A DNA stretch of 64,000 nucleotides from Octopus vulgaris (Eukaryota), in contig OX597832.1 in assembly GCA_951406725.2 (NCBI GenBank), positions 68,882,001-68,946,000 of the forward strand. The letters are read 5' to 3'. A program made the position numbers and the translations under genes. This document shows positions 12,154 to 25,991 of this stretch, in pieces; positions within the stretch are counted from its first letter, which is position 1; each line of letters opens with the position of its first letter. The notes below the pieces were generated by a model. It did not search any database, had not been told where the DNA came from, and saw nothing but the letters and a program-made list of their open reading frames with translations.

Positions 12154-12695
12154 TAATAATAATAAATAATCCCTTCTGCTATTAGCACAAGGGATGAAAG
12201 TTTAAGGGGACAGGTAAGTCAATTAGATTGACCCCAGTATTTGAGCAGTGAGTTATTAAACCTGAAAGAAAGTTAAAGTTGACTTTGGTGGCATTTGAAC
12301 TAAGAATGTGTGGAACAAACACCACAAGGAATTTTCAATTTATTAGCCTACCACCTTTAAAAATAGTAACAACGATAATAATAAGGTTATTTGAGAATGA
12401 TCCCTTGCTTACCTTCTCCCCAAGAAGTGTAGAGAATTGTTTTAACTGCTATGTCACAGATATTGAGAAGGGCATCATCACTGTGAGAAGAGCATTGTCA
12501 CCCATGTCAATAGTTTTCCTTTTCCTTTCTTTTCCTGTTTCCTTTTTTCTTCTTTCACATAACTTGTAAATGAACAGTCTAGTGTTTAGTTTAATGCCCT
12601 ACCAATGTATACAGAGAAGTTCTTTGTCCTTGGTGTCGGGAAGACACTTACCAAGAAATGGAAACAAATTTGAAAGAATAAGAAATATCCTTTAT

Positions 12696-12698
<3 letters not shown>

Positions 12699-12726
<28 letters not shown>

Positions 12727-14933
12727 GTTTAACGTCCGTTCTCCATGCTAGTATGGGTTGGACGGTTCAACTGGGGATCTGGGAAGCCAGGAGGCTGCAC
12801 CAGGCTCCAGTCTTATCTGGCAGTGTTTCTACAGCTAGATGCCCTTCCTAACGTCAACCACTCCGTGAGTGTAGTGGGTGCTTTTTAAGTGCCACCTGCA
12901 CAGGTGCCAGGCGAGGCTGGCAACGGCCACGGTCGGAATGGTGCATTTTACGTGCCACCGGCACAGAAGCCAGTCGAGGCCGCGCTGGCATTGGCCATGA
13001 TTCGGATAGTGGTTTTTACGTACCACCAGTCCAGGGGTCCTGGCAACTGCCGGGTGCCAGTCATAGGATTGGTTCAATTTCGATTCCGATTTCAATTTCA
13101 CTTGCCCCAACAGGTCTTCATAAGCAGAGAAGGGGGGTTGGCATGGGTGCCTGTCGTCGGATGAGGTTCGATTTCGACTACGCTTGCCTCAACAGGTCTT
13201 TGTGTGTCCAAGGGAGGAAAGACATGCATAAGTGGGCTGGACTCACTTGTCCTGCCTGATCTTCTCCCGTACAGCATATTTCCAAAGGTCTCGGTCGCTG
13301 GTCATTGCCTAAGTGATGCCTAAAGTTCAATGGTCGTGCTTCACCACCTCGTCCTAGGTTTTCCTGGGTCTACCTCTTCCACGGGTTCCCTCAACTGCTA
13401 GGGATTGGCACTTTTTCACACACCTATCTTCATCCATTCTCACCACATGACCATACCAACGCAATCGTCTCTCTTGCACACCACAGCTGATGCTTCTTAG
13501 GTCCAACATTTCTCTCAAGGTAATAACACTCTGTCGAGTATGCACACTGACATTACACATCCGTCGGAGCATACTGGTTTCATTCCTCGCGAGCTTACGC
13601 ATGTCCTCAGCAGTCATGGCCCATGTCTCACTGCCATGTAGCATGGCTGTTCGTACACATGCATCATACAGTCTGCCTTTTATTCTGAGCAAGAGGCCTT
13701 TAGTCACCAGCAGAGGTAAGAGCTCCCTGAACTTTGCCCAGGCTATTCTTACTCTAGCAGTTACACTTTCAGCACCCCCACCCCCACTACTGACTTGGTC
13801 ACCTAGATAACGGAAGCTATCAACTACTTCTAGTTTTTCCCCCTGGAAGGTGACGGAAGTTGTTTTCTGCAGATTTTCAGAGTTTATTGCTCCTGTCTTC
13901 CCAGTTAGCCTTCCTTTGACATTGCTGCACCTCTTATATGTCCATAGCTTACACTGGGTACATCTTATAGTGTTTCTACCTACACCTTTTCTACAGATCG
14001 AGCAGGGCCATCTTCCTGAAGGCATTTGTGGATTGTCTACCTTCCTACTTATTAGTACTTTGGTTTTAGCTAGGTTGACTCTAAGGCCCCTCGATTCTAA
14101 TCCCTCCTTCCACACCTGGAACTTCTCCTCCAGTTCTGATAGTGACTCAGCAATTAGAGCAAGGTCGTCAGCATAGAGGAGCTCCCAGGGGCATCCTGTC
14201 TTGAATTCCTCTGTAATTGCCTGGAGGACTATGATAAATAGGAGGGGGCTGAGGACTAAACCCTGGTGGACCCCAACCTCTACCTTGAATTCTTCTGTGT
14301 ACATGTTGCCAACCCTAACCTTACTTACAGCATCCTTGTACATTGCTTGCACAGCTCTCACCAGCCATTCATCTATCCCTAGTTTCCTCATTGACCACCA
14401 GATAAGGGATCGGGGGACCCTGTCAAAGGCTTTCTCCATGTCAACGAAAGCCAGGTACAGGGGCTTATCTTTGGCTAGGTATTTCTTCTGCAGCTGTCTC
14501 ACCAGAAATATGGCATCAGTGGTGCTTTTCCCTGGCATGAAACCAAACTGCATCTTGTCCAAGTTGACTCTCTCCCTAATCAGTTGGGCTATGACCCTCT
14601 CCGTAACCTTCATTACCTGATCCAACAGCTTGATACCTCTGTAATTATTTGTATCTAGGGCATCTCCTTTACCTTTGTAGCAGTTGACTATTATGCTGCT
14701 ACACCAGTCATTTGGTATAACTCCTTCGTGTATCACCTGGTTAACTATACAGGTGACTAGGTTATAGCCGACACTGCCAGATATTTTGAGCATCTCTGCA
14801 GTAATTCCTGATGGGCCTGGGGCTTTCCCTGTCTTCATGCTTCTAATTGCCTTAACTACCAAAGAATTGTCAACTCGGATGGCTGGTCCCTCTGCTGGGT
14901 TGACATTCGGCAGACTCTCTTTATCCCATTCAT
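12699..14933 (-). mobile_element. 5'-truncated RTE LINE with an open 502-aa RT/C-terminal frame (13354..14862)
   Basis: RT motifs (LLYADD, GVHQG), Cys-rich insert, (ATG)n tail; candidate TSD TTTATAAT at 12691-12698 and 14934-14941. Confidence 0.93.
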
Positions 14934-14949
14934 TTTATAATAATAATAA

Positions 14950-15163
14950 TCCTTTCTACTAAAGGCACAAGGCCTGAAATTTTGGAAGAAAAGTCTAGTT
15001 GATTACATCAAACCCAGTATTTCACTGGCACTTAATTTTTCGACCTCCAAAAGGATGAAAGGCAAAGTCAACCTCGGTGGAATTTGAACTCAGAACGTAG
15101 TGACAGGTGAAATACTCCCAAACATTTCACCCAACGTGCTAATGATTCTGCTAGCTCGCAAGC
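14950..15163 (-). mobile_element. SINE family B copy
   Basis: Homologous to the 11438 copy, with an (AAT)n tail. Confidence 0.8.
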
Positions 15164-15539
15164 TTTTTTAGTGATAATGATAATAAAAATAATAGAGTTA
15201 CATAACTTAAATTAATATATTTAAAGCGTATCTTAAACTTGAAATCATAAATCATCCATCCAAATTCTTTAATTTTCTATTAGACAGCTAAATTATTTTT
15301 GCCAATCATTTCTAAGATTAAGTTTTGCAAAAGAAAAAAATATCTTCATTAAGACTTTATTATCTGAACAACAAGCTGTCATTGAATTTGCCTTATTTTA
15401 ATTTTAATATGTAATAACCACCACTAAAGTGATGACCCGTCTATTAATTAGATATTGCTGTTAAGAAAATTAGCTGAAGATAATAATTGTAGTAGTAGTA
15501 GAAGTGGTGGTGTTGGCAGTGGTGGTGGTGGTGGCAGTG

Positions 15540-15587
<48 letters not shown>

Positions 15588-17601
15588 TCATCATCATCAA
15601 TATCGTTTGATGCAATGCTTTAATATTTCCTTTTCGGTCTTTTCTTTCACCTTCTCCATATTAACTTGTTTTACAAATTGAATTTGCAATTAATTCACTT
15701 TTACCTTTATCTCATTTATTTCCATTTTACCAGGCTTCCAAAGGTTGGATTAATTTTACATCTTTTTCCACTTGCTGCCCCAATTGTAATTGTAGTTATC
15801 ATTTAAGCAACCCTCTCTTCACAGCTGGTTTTTTTTTTTTATCAAATGCTTTGCTTTTAAAGCCTGTAGTAAATGAATTGAAGGCATATAACTTGGCACT
15901 TTTTGTTGGTCCCAACAACCACATTTTTGGCTTCTTCGTTGCTTATGCACATCCTACTGCTAACCCTTAAAACTGGGGTTCTTGGATAGCAGGCTTAAAC
16001 CATCACCCATTTCAACAGCAGCATCTGGCCCCTGAATGTTCCTTTCACAAGAATTGATGGTTATGTCTCTAGTTTGAGTTTTACTTGCTCTCTTCCTGTT
16101 TTGGAATCCCTTGGAAATACACTATAAGGACACTACTTTTCTCTTTGATTGAGCTACATAAAAATAAATCTGAAGCCACCAGTGTGGGCCTATTGTATTA
16201 CTTAGAGACAGGGTTGTGAGGCAGCTCTGAGATTTGAAGTTATGTCCACTTTGTCAGAAGTGGAACACATTAACCTCTCAGACACTATATCTCTTCCTGA
16301 TTTAAACTCTTATAAGATTTGGTATCTAAATACTACAACAAGAAATATATTAAACTTTACAAAAGAAATTAATTGTTAAATTGTACAAGTGGTTATTCTT
16401 CTGGTTGCAGATGTGGCCACATTATTGAGAATTTTTTTTACACTCCTGTATTTGAACTCACTACCTGAAAACTTTGTACAATTGAGATTTTAGTCCCGCA
16501 TCAATTCACTCCACGTGAAATTTGATGAATGTAAACTTTGCTGGGAAACCATATGAATTTCTTATTGAGTAGCAGAGGCAATAATTAACCTAGTTTAACA
16601 TCATAACATGACCCTTTGCCGTTTTTGGCACTGTCTACAATACCATAAACAATGTAATGAGATCCCTGGGCTTATTGATAATTTACTATTGTTAGGCTCT
16701 GGTTTTTACTTTAACAACAAATCAGATATGATTTCGTCCACCTCACTTCCCCTTTTCCTGTCAGTTTTGACATGCCTGCATTGTCAAACACTTCACCAGT
16801 GTTACACATCTCAAAGTCATAAAATGGTAAAATAGAAACATCATAAAATGTAAGACACTAAGACCAGTACAGCCATCATCGTCATGAGTGGTATATAGTA
16901 GTTGTTGTATTGGGTATACTGTCACACCCAATGCCACCAAATTTCAAGCAGAGGTATAACAAAAGTTTCCAACTAAGATTTGTGATTTGCCCTTTCTGAT
17001 GAGTTTGCAGCACACTCCTAGCACATCCCGAATATACAGCCCTGAATGTCATTGTTTTAACATCCACATTTCAATGCTTGCATGGGTCAGACATAAGTTA
17101 CTGAGACAGATATTCTTTGGCCATATGTGCTCCCTCCCATAAAGCTTTACTTGTTTCCTAGCAAAGAAATATTTCCATGAGGGTGGGCATGTTTTTCGTG
17201 GAAGACAAGAAATGAATAGCATTGCATATATGATGTTGGTGCTTCTTTATAACTACCATATGAAGTCAAGGCAAGAACATCACACACAGATATATATTAT
17301 ATATGTGTATACACACACATGTATATATATATATATATATATAGGAAAGAGAGACAGACAGACAGACAGACAGACAAACACATGAATGGAGATAGATAGA
17401 TAGATAGATAATCAATGAGATTCTTTCAGTTTCCATTTTCCAAACTCACTCACTCTTGGTTGGTCCAAGATTATAGTAGAAATGTAGAAGTTATTTGTCC
17501 AAGTTGCTCAAAACCACACAGTCAGAAAATAAGCTTTGTAGGTACAGTGGTGCCTGTCCATCATAAAGAAATACACCTGAGAATACAATCAGGGAACTAA
17601 C

Positions 17602-17766
17602 CTTTAATCTATTTAGCTGTCCTTCCAGCATTTTATGAGTTGACTTTTTTTCTTCAAGTGCTTCAGTAAGAGACTTGATATCAGCTTTCTTTTGATTAAG
17701 ATCATCCAAATCAACCTCCCCCTCCATGCTGGCAATCCTTTTGTTCAAGCTATCAATAGCTAAATC
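17602..17766 (-). CDS. CCDC39: CCDC39 internal exon, 165 bp (DLAIDSLNKRIASMEGEVDLDDLNQKKADIKSLTEALEEKKSTHKMLEGQLNRLK)
   Basis: tttgcag| acceptor, |gttagt donor, phase 0/0. Matches CCDC39 [54 protein letters not shown]. Confidence 0.9.
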
Positions 17767-17896
17767 CTGCAAAGAAATAAAAACACACCATATATTGCAA
17801 TTATAGTTTAATAAATGATAAGATGTTTAACAAAATGGTTTTCTCATTCTGTAATAATGTAAAAACATTTCTGGAAAAGGAAAGGAAAAACAATGC

Positions 17897-18292
17897 TTAC
17901 TCTCTTTTACTCTCTTTTACTTGTTTCAGTCATTTGACTGTGGCCATGCTAGAGCACTGCCTTTAATCGAGCAACTTGACCCCGGGACTTATTCTTTTGT
18001 AAGCCCAGTACTTATTCTATTGGTCTCTTTTGCCAAACCGCTAAGTAACGGGGACATAAACACACCAGCATCGGTTGTCAAGCAATGCTAGGGGGACAAA
18101 CACAGATACACAAACACACACGCATATATATATACATATATACGATGGGCTTCTTTCAGTTTCCATCTACCAAATCCACTCACAAGGCTTTGGTCGGCCC
18201 AAGGCTATAGTAGAAGACACTTGCCCAAGGTGCCACGCAGTGGGACTGAACCCGGAACCATGTGGTTCCTGTGCCTATACAGCCACTCCTGC
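17897..18292 (-). mobile_element. SINE family A, full length
   Basis: Reverse complement of 8140-8529. Confidence 0.85.
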
Positions 18293-18473
18293 GAGGATAT
18301 TGAAAATCTTGCCCTTCATTAAACTATATCAGATTTATAATTGGTTTTATGTGGCCAAATTTGACTCTTGGTTGCATTATACAAAATAATAACGTCCACA
18401 AAGTATTCTTAACATGTTATAGAATTTGTGGGATTGTCTTTTATAATTTAATTTCAGAGTTATCTTAAGAGGA

Positions 18474-19129
18474 TTAATCCAAATTCTATTGAAAACATCA
18501 CCAAGAAAATAAATAATGATCAAAGGGAAACCATTCAATGAAATGATACTATAGATTCTCTAGCTAATAGACAAACAAATATGATAGCTAGAAAAAATAG
18601 TGACTATTATGAAAACAATAATAATAAAGATAATCATATAAAACAGAAAGCAAGCAAAAACATTATTAAATCTAATAACAAAAACATAGATAACTCTATA
18701 CATGGAAAATGTTATTGTGCAAGGAGAATGTAATGCAAACTTAAAGATAACTGTAAATTAAGATGTACCATCTATAGATGAGTAGTCATAACTGATAGAA
18801 ATAAATATTACTACATAGGCACTAGCTCATGCTTTATAAAACAAAGAATAGCAAATGATGAAAGTGCGCTTAGAAATAATACTAGAAAATTTTCAGTGGA
18901 TCTTAGTAAACTCATATCATTGCTGAAAGATGAAAATGTTAAATATTCATTAAAATGGTAAATTACTTGTACCGTGAAACCTTATAAGACTGGGGATAAA
19001 AGATGCAACTTGGGGCTGGAGGAATTGCACCAAATATTTGATTTGAAAAATAAATTAGTTAACACCAGACAAGAAAGAAGTTTTAATTGCTTACACAAAC
19101 AACATTTTCTTTTTAAAAAATGTTTCTAA
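18474..19129 (+). pseudogene. Penelope-like (Naiad-type) retroelement C-terminal GIY-YIG endonuclease relic
   Basis: One frame from 18701 reads HGKCYCARRM*CKLKDNCKLRCTIYR*VVITDRNKYYYIGTSSCFIKQRIANDESAL...LSKLISLLK...KW*I...PYKTGDKRCNLGLEE...LVNTRQE...CLHK. It has a CxCx5C linker, IY..YIG and CxL..E..CxH motifs, and an Asn-rich linker upstream. Confidence 0.8.
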
Positions 19130-19898
19130 CAGAATGCGTTAATTTATATAAACCTTTTATATATAATTTAACCTAGAAACACTTTAAAACAATTAAAAAG
19201 TAATAAGTTAGAAGAATCTAAAATACAACTGACTACTTCCTTTTAATAATCACATGATTCTTACCAATTAGCAATTATTCAATTCTACTAACCTTCACAC
19301 AATTCAAATAATATAATCAACTCTGAAATAAGCCTTGTAACTATAAAGTATGTAGAATAATTAAAAAATAAGTATTCTATAATCAACCAGTCACAGCCAG
19401 GGACAATTGCTGACCTCAACAACCACTGTTTCTGATGCTACTGAATTTCACCCAAACAGTTGAGAAAAACATCTCATTGTGGAATGTTCAGAGTTTATTA
19501 ACTCTCTACTACCAAGTCTAATTCAATCTAATTGAGGAGGAAAATTCCTCTTCAAACAATGCTATATTTATATGCCCAGAAGTGACCATACCAATAATGC
19601 ATAAGTCACTGCATATGAATATGCAACAATATGCGATTGGTGCAATCAAAACAGGAGTTGGACTATCATACTAACTGGAAATAAACTTAAAAGTATGAAT
19701 GTTCAAATTCTTCATTCTCCTTATTATCAATATTGTTACCAACACTCCAAGTAGTGAAGAAATAAATGGAATAGCAGATGAGAGCTAAAGGTAGATTACA
19801 AGAAAAGCACCATTGGAAGGAATCAGCTTTGGCATTTTACTCAGAGAAAGTTTGGTATCTGTGTAAATTTCATATCCTTCTGCTTGCTATATATGAAA

Positions 19899-19937
<39 letters not shown>

Positions 19938-19979
19938 ATATGCATGTGTGTATGTGTGTACGTATGTATGTATATATAT

Positions 19980-20475
19980 GTCAGGTCAATTTTGAGTGCT
20001 AGCAACTCCACCAAGCTTGCTTGGTGAGGAGGATGTTTATTGGACACCCTGAGGGATGAAAAACAAAACTCGTCAAAGGGCGAAGGAACTCTTGAAAGTC
20101 AACAGCCATCCAATAAATGTCTTAAGGCTGTATCATGCGCAGGGACATAGAAATAATCGGACTGAATACCCGATCGCGCGGTTAAGCCATTGGGAGTGAA
20201 GGACTCCTAGCCTTTGTTAGGGCATCCTTCTAGGAGAAGGCAACTCAGGTAACTGGGATAACTCCAACATAAAACCTGTGGCTCAGTGGTTACCGATGAT
20301 GTTGACTTGTTCTTCTTTTCGGATTATGGCTGCTGTTGCTTAGTGAGTGGGATTGACTCAGTACACAGCCTTTCCTCACTTTAAAAAAAATCTTCTTGCA
20401 CAGGCATTGCACGATAACAACATTGATTAAGCTTCGTGCAATGGCCATACTCGATAACGAGGGGGCAGCCACCAT
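19980..20475 (+). mobile_element. Non-autonomous bipartite derivative of the BovB-like RTE (5' UTR plus 3' terminus)
   Basis: The 5' part aligns with 35125-35650. The last ~45 bp (gcaatggccatactcgataacgagggggcagccaccat) align with the RTE end at 39286-39323. It is embedded in a TA/TATG tract. Confidence 0.75.
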
Positions 20476-21638
20476 GTATGTATGTATATATGTAAGTATG
20501 TATAGGGACAATCACTGCTAGAATGCTTATGGTCCTGGGTCTAATAGAATATGATGTTAAATGAGAACAACAATAACAACACTACAAACAATATTACTAC
20601 CCATAACAACGATAGTAGTAGCTTCAACCACAGTATATATGAGAAGCCATAGTAGTTGACAGAGGAGTCACCTTGTTTATTTTAAGGAAAATAAACAAAA
20701 TGTCCCTCTTTTTGTTGTCAGTATATATAGTAAAATTTAACAAGTTCTCATTATTGTCATTGTTCAGCTGCAAGTGAAGCTTAATCAGGAATCACTGAAT
20801 GAAAAGATGTTTCAATTGTGACCCTCAGGCATTCATCATATATATGACTGCATTGTCCAATTAATAATTCTTTAGGATTTTTAATGATCTTATATTTCAA
20901 GAAAGATGTCCTTTTTCAAGATGGTAAGATTTGAAGAAATTTTGGCTGTTATTTTTACCTAACTGAATATCCACATGCAGTTTACCTCAGAAGACTGAAT
21001 GCAATGAATTGTTGTCAGGAAAAAAGATCAGGGAATATTTGTAAAGAAATGGATCCTATTCTGATGATCTAAAACCAAAATGCAAGGAAAGATTCAGGTA
21101 TAGTTTAAACCCCTTTAATCTGTACCACAATGCAAGCAAGGGATTTCAAAAATGATGGTAATGAAAATGAGACGACTTCAGTCCAATGCCTTTATCCTTG
21201 AATAATTCCATTTGCCAAAAAGCCTGCTATCAAGTCACAGAATCCACAAAAGGTATTATTCATGCTATTATCTAACGTTAACAGTCAATAATAGTTTTAC
21301 AGCAATTTTATTTTGAGATTATGCCACAATAAGGATGAATACACAAGATGTAACTTTACTTTGGCCTAATCAAAGTCTCACACCTGTTTCTCTCAATGTT
21401 CACCTTTCTTAAGAAGAGAAATCACTTTCTTGGCTTTAATGATTAAAAATGTAACAACTCTGAACTAAAATAGATGAAGGATGTAAGAAGATTTTATATA
21501 AAATGAGTTTCTTTTTCATTGTGCTTTAGCCCTAAGTCAACCTTGATCAATAAAACTTATGATCAAAGGCTTCCCAAACATGACCAACCTGTCCTTTTAG
21601 GGACACAAAGGACTATATTAACACATGATCTTTCTTTG

Positions 21639-22569
21639 TTTAATTCTTTTGTTAGAATTTTTCTGTTGAAATGCACTGACTTTGTTTCAATCGATTTTAA
21701 AAATCATAACAAATTTAATAAAAGCAATATTGTCATTATTAATCTGATGTTTGGAATGTAAATTAATATGAAATTTTGATGGAGGAATTTAATTAAGATC
21801 ACCTGAATACAGGATGTTTGCATCATAGAACTGGAGGCAGTCTTGGACAGGGTGGCATAATAATGTTAAAATGGAATAGTGTGATTTGAAGGAAATTAAG
21901 CTGCTGTTTCAAGTAATTTGATCAAGCATGGAGCAGTTATTCCATTTTCTTGATTTATATCTACATAGGCTCTTATTTCAGTTGTTGCTTTTGTTGCTTA
22001 GTTGCAGATCAGATCTATGACCAAAGGTGTTCTAGTTATCACTATCCTTTCATTTACTTTCGGTTATAATCTTTTTCCTAACACCTTACCAAATTTGCTT
22101 TCCTTCTTTTACACTGTTAAGCAGAGATTGAGGTGGATTGGAGGCAGAATTCACTTACTTCTCGTATGTTGAGTAACAGCTGTTAATGGGCTCTGACACA
22201 AGTGCCATGCTCTGACAATCATGGTACTTGTGGCAGCCTGTAGGCTATGGTGTTGCTGTTTATCTCTTGACCAACTTTGACCCCGTAGATACAAGATCTA
22301 ATATATTTCTACTATGGCCATGTTGTCTGTTGCAGCAATCATAGAATGGTGTCTCTTGGACAAAATTTTTTAACCTTTTTCATATCAATGCACCAAAGAT
22401 TACTCTTGGCTCTCTGATACAAATTCCATATCTAAATGAAACTCTTCCATTGCAAGTTCATGTTCATTTGTACTCCAAATACCTGCTTAATAAGGACAAA
22501 GTTATTTTATTAAATTTTTCATAATTTTAAAAATGAATTGAGGCAGAAATATGCTAACAAAAGGATTAA
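21639..22569. mobile_element. Two oppositely oriented MITE-like copies (21639-21869 and 22370-22569) with TTAA ends, piggyBac-like
   Basis: 22470-22569 aligns to the reverse complement of 21639-21760; both copies are bounded by TTAA. Confidence 0.45.
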
Positions 22570-22869
22570 ATGTATTCTTAATATTTTAATGGAGAATGGT
22601 TTACCATTTGGGAGAGCAGTGAGATGGAGTATCTGTTGGTTAGCAGTGGGTGCCATTTGCAGGAATTGTCTTTGTATTGGCACTGGAATTGGTATCAGTG
22701 ACGATTATAGGTTTGATTCTATTGTTATTTGGGAAGAAAGACACATGCACAGTTACACTCATACACGTGTGTGTGTGTGTGAGTGTGTTTGTTTGCATGT
22801 ATATGTGTGTGTGCATGTATATGTGTTTTCTTTGAGATATATGAGGTTGTGTCAACAAGATCCTGAACT

Positions 22870-23755
22870 AGTTCTGTAGTGTGCTAATAGATGGCAGCAC
22901 ATGGCTGTGTGTACAGTGAGAACTAGCAGAGACTTTCGTGAGGAAGCATTCCAAGGGACATCACTGTGTTTACTCTGCAAATTGTGAAATTTGTGTTTTT
23001 GTGATCATGTGTGTCTGCTGTAGTTTGTGATTTGGTCATTCACTGGAACAAAGAGCCAACATTTTGTGTTAAACTTCAGAAGTCTGCTACAGAGACATTG
23101 AGCATGCTTTAGCAATCTTACAGCGATGGCACAATGGGTCATACACAATGTTTCGAGCAGCACTTCAAAAGTGGAAGAATGTCCCTGGAAGATGAGGAAT
23201 GACCTGGAAGACCTGCCACAAGTGTCACCCTCAGAAATGTGGCATTAGGCATGGAGAATTCGTCCCCAAAGGGCCAGAGCATCAATTGAGAATTCTACTG
23301 CAATGTTTTGAAGCTTTTGAGGGAGGACATTTGGTAAAAGTGTTTGGATTTGTGGAGCAGAAAGAATTGGATTCTTGATGATGACAACGCACCTTGTCAC
23401 TGAGCTTCCCTCACTCAGGAATTTCTTGCCAAAAATAACATTGCACATCATTTCCACACCCACCCTATTCGCCAGTATTAGCACCGGCAGACTTCCATCT
23501 TTTCTCCAAGATGAAAATTTAGCTCAAAGGTTACTGTTTTAACACTGTTGTTGAGATCAGAAGCAAATTGCAGGTCTGCGAATCACTTACAGAAAGCAAC
23601 TTTCAGTTTGGATTCCATAAGAGGCAGGAAAGCTGGGTTCAATGTATTGCTGTGCAAGGTGACTATTTCAAAAGGGATGATGTTATAACTTAGGTAAATA
23701 AGTTATTCTTTAATAAAATATAATTTGTCTGGGAACTTTTTGATACCATCCTGTA
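22870..23755 (+). mobile_element. Degenerate, internally deleted mariner transposon
   Basis: Fragments resembling EQRANI..CVKL.KSATET, D..R.GRP, DDNAPCH and PHPPYSP.LAP.DF; TIR-like right end GGGAACTTTTTGATACCATCCTG followed by TA. Confidence 0.75.
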
Positions 23756-24233
23756 TTTTTTCATCATCCTTAAACACCCACTTTCATTACTGGTATGAGT
23801 TGGTTTGACAGGAGCTGACAATCCGGAGAGCTGTACTAGGCTCCAACTGTCCATTTTGGCATGGTTTTTACGACACGATGCCTTTCCTAATACCAACTAC
23901 TTTACAGAGTGTACTGGGTGCTTGTTTTCATGGCACTAGCATGGTGCTTTTTAACCGGCACTGGAATGAATACGTTTTACATGGCACTAGCTAGGTATAT
24001 ATATATACACACACACACAAACATATATATACACTCACAGTGGGCTTCCACACAGTATCAGATTCATTCAATAAGTATTGGTCGTCCCAGATCTATCATA
24101 GAAGATACTTTCCCAAAAGTCTCACTAAGTGGGATTGAACCTGACACCACATGGACATGATGTAAACTTCTTAATCACACATCCATGCCTGCTCCAGGTG
24201 GGAAAAATAAAGCAAAAATACTGAAACATTTAC

Positions 24234-24323
24234 CTGTGTATAAAGAAGAGCTTCTTGCTTCAAAGCATCTTGGTCAAGTCTGTATATTTTATTTTCCATG
24301 TTACGGATTGCCACTCGAGAATT
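24234..24323 (-). CDS. CCDC39: CCDC39 internal exon, 90 bp (NSRVAIRNMENKIYRLDQDALKQEALLYTQ)
   Basis: ttgcag| acceptor, |gtaaat donor, phase 0/0. Matches CCDC39 [30 protein letters not shown] and continues directly from the 62337 exon. Confidence 0.9.
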
Positions 24324-25906
24324 CTGCAATGGAACATTGAGAAATGGAATGTAATTTGGGAATATATTAATACTGAAAAAAATGCAGACTTCCAGACATA
24401 ATAAATTCCGATTAGAATAAAACACAAATTTAAAAAAAAAACGTAAAAATGAAGAAAGTGAAGTAGCTTCAAATACATTTTTTATTCTTAATTGATTTTG
24501 TAATTAAAATTATGAAAACAAAAGAAAAAAAAAGATTGCTGAGCTTCCAGTCTGTGAGAAGCAAAATAACTAGTGCATATTTCAGTGTTAATTAAAGAAA
24601 TAATGAATCTTTTTTTAAAAAAACTCAAATAAAAACAAATGAAAACATTAGAAAGTATAGAATTAAAAATAACAATTAGAACAATTTTTTAAGCTTTACC
24701 GTCATATTTGTTTTTGTCTTTTTTCTTCTGACAAATATGAGTTTGAAGGAGAAAAATATAGACCCAAGTTTATTTCTGTCTGAGAAAGTCCCAGATGAAT
24801 TCTTCAGAACAAACAAATAGGGAAATGGGGTCAGAAGTTATTGTTACTGATAAGCCTCAGGTGATTTCTGATTCAGTAGAACCAGTATGAAAAAGATGGT
24901 CCAGTTCTGACCATCCCATTGACATTACATTATATCATAACATAACATACTCCTATATCATTCAATGTCTTTTTTCTTTCATATGTATAAAAGGATTTGC
25001 GGAATGCTTGGCTGCTTTTACTAGCACATAGAGCAATCTACTTCTTTGGCTTTTTGGAGAGGTACACTACATCTAGTGCTATATAATTCAATGTGTATCT
25101 TTCATAGTTTGAGGCAGATTTGGCTGCTACTCCTACCATGTCAAGTAAATATATTAAAATTCATTCATTGACTCTCATAGGAACACACTGTATCTATGAC
25201 AACAGTGCCCAATATGTCCTTCCCTTTCAAAGGAAAAGTCAGGCTCTAAAGAGACTATGCTGGTTATTCTAGCATGTCAAGTAATCACTACAGGATTCTT
25301 TCTTTATGCTTGTGAGAAGAAGTGTCAAGAAAGAACAAAGTTAGATTTCAGAGTGCTGGAATTTGCAAAATAGAAACTGGAAGATCACTTGTGACAAGAA
25401 TCTATAAGGTGTACTTAAAAGAAAATAGCACCATGCATCATCAGTATAAATTACATGTGTCTAAGAAATACTTGAGTGAGACTGGAGGAATATTTGGCTA
25501 TTACTTTCACTAGGTCACACTAGAGTGCAGAGGCTTTTCTTCATAAGAATCTGACTGGTCTCAATTGCCAAGAATAAATAAGGTTTCTCCTTTAAACAGT
25601 AGTTGAGTCTGTAAGCTGCAATGGCCACAGAATACTTAAGAACTGTGAGTTCTATTTACCATTAGTCTTGAAGATATGATAAGAGAATTCTAGAACTAAC
25701 ACAATTCTACCCTTAATTGTAATAAGTGGTGCTGCCTTCATATTTGCCGACACATGTTTATAGGTGAAGCTCTTTTTGTAATCCCAATTCTGGGTCCTGG
25801 TATCTATCTTCTTGATTTCTTTATGTGTTATATTATTACGTGTGTGTGTGTGTACACACACACACACATACATACATACATACTTATATACATACATACA
25901 TACATT

Positions 25907-25991
<85 letters not shown>

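Noticed and set aside
24980-25520. Loosely recurring motif (gatttggctgcta..ctagca..tcaagtaa)
   Set aside because: Irregular spacing and low identity; most likely fragments of an old dispersed repeat rather than an array.
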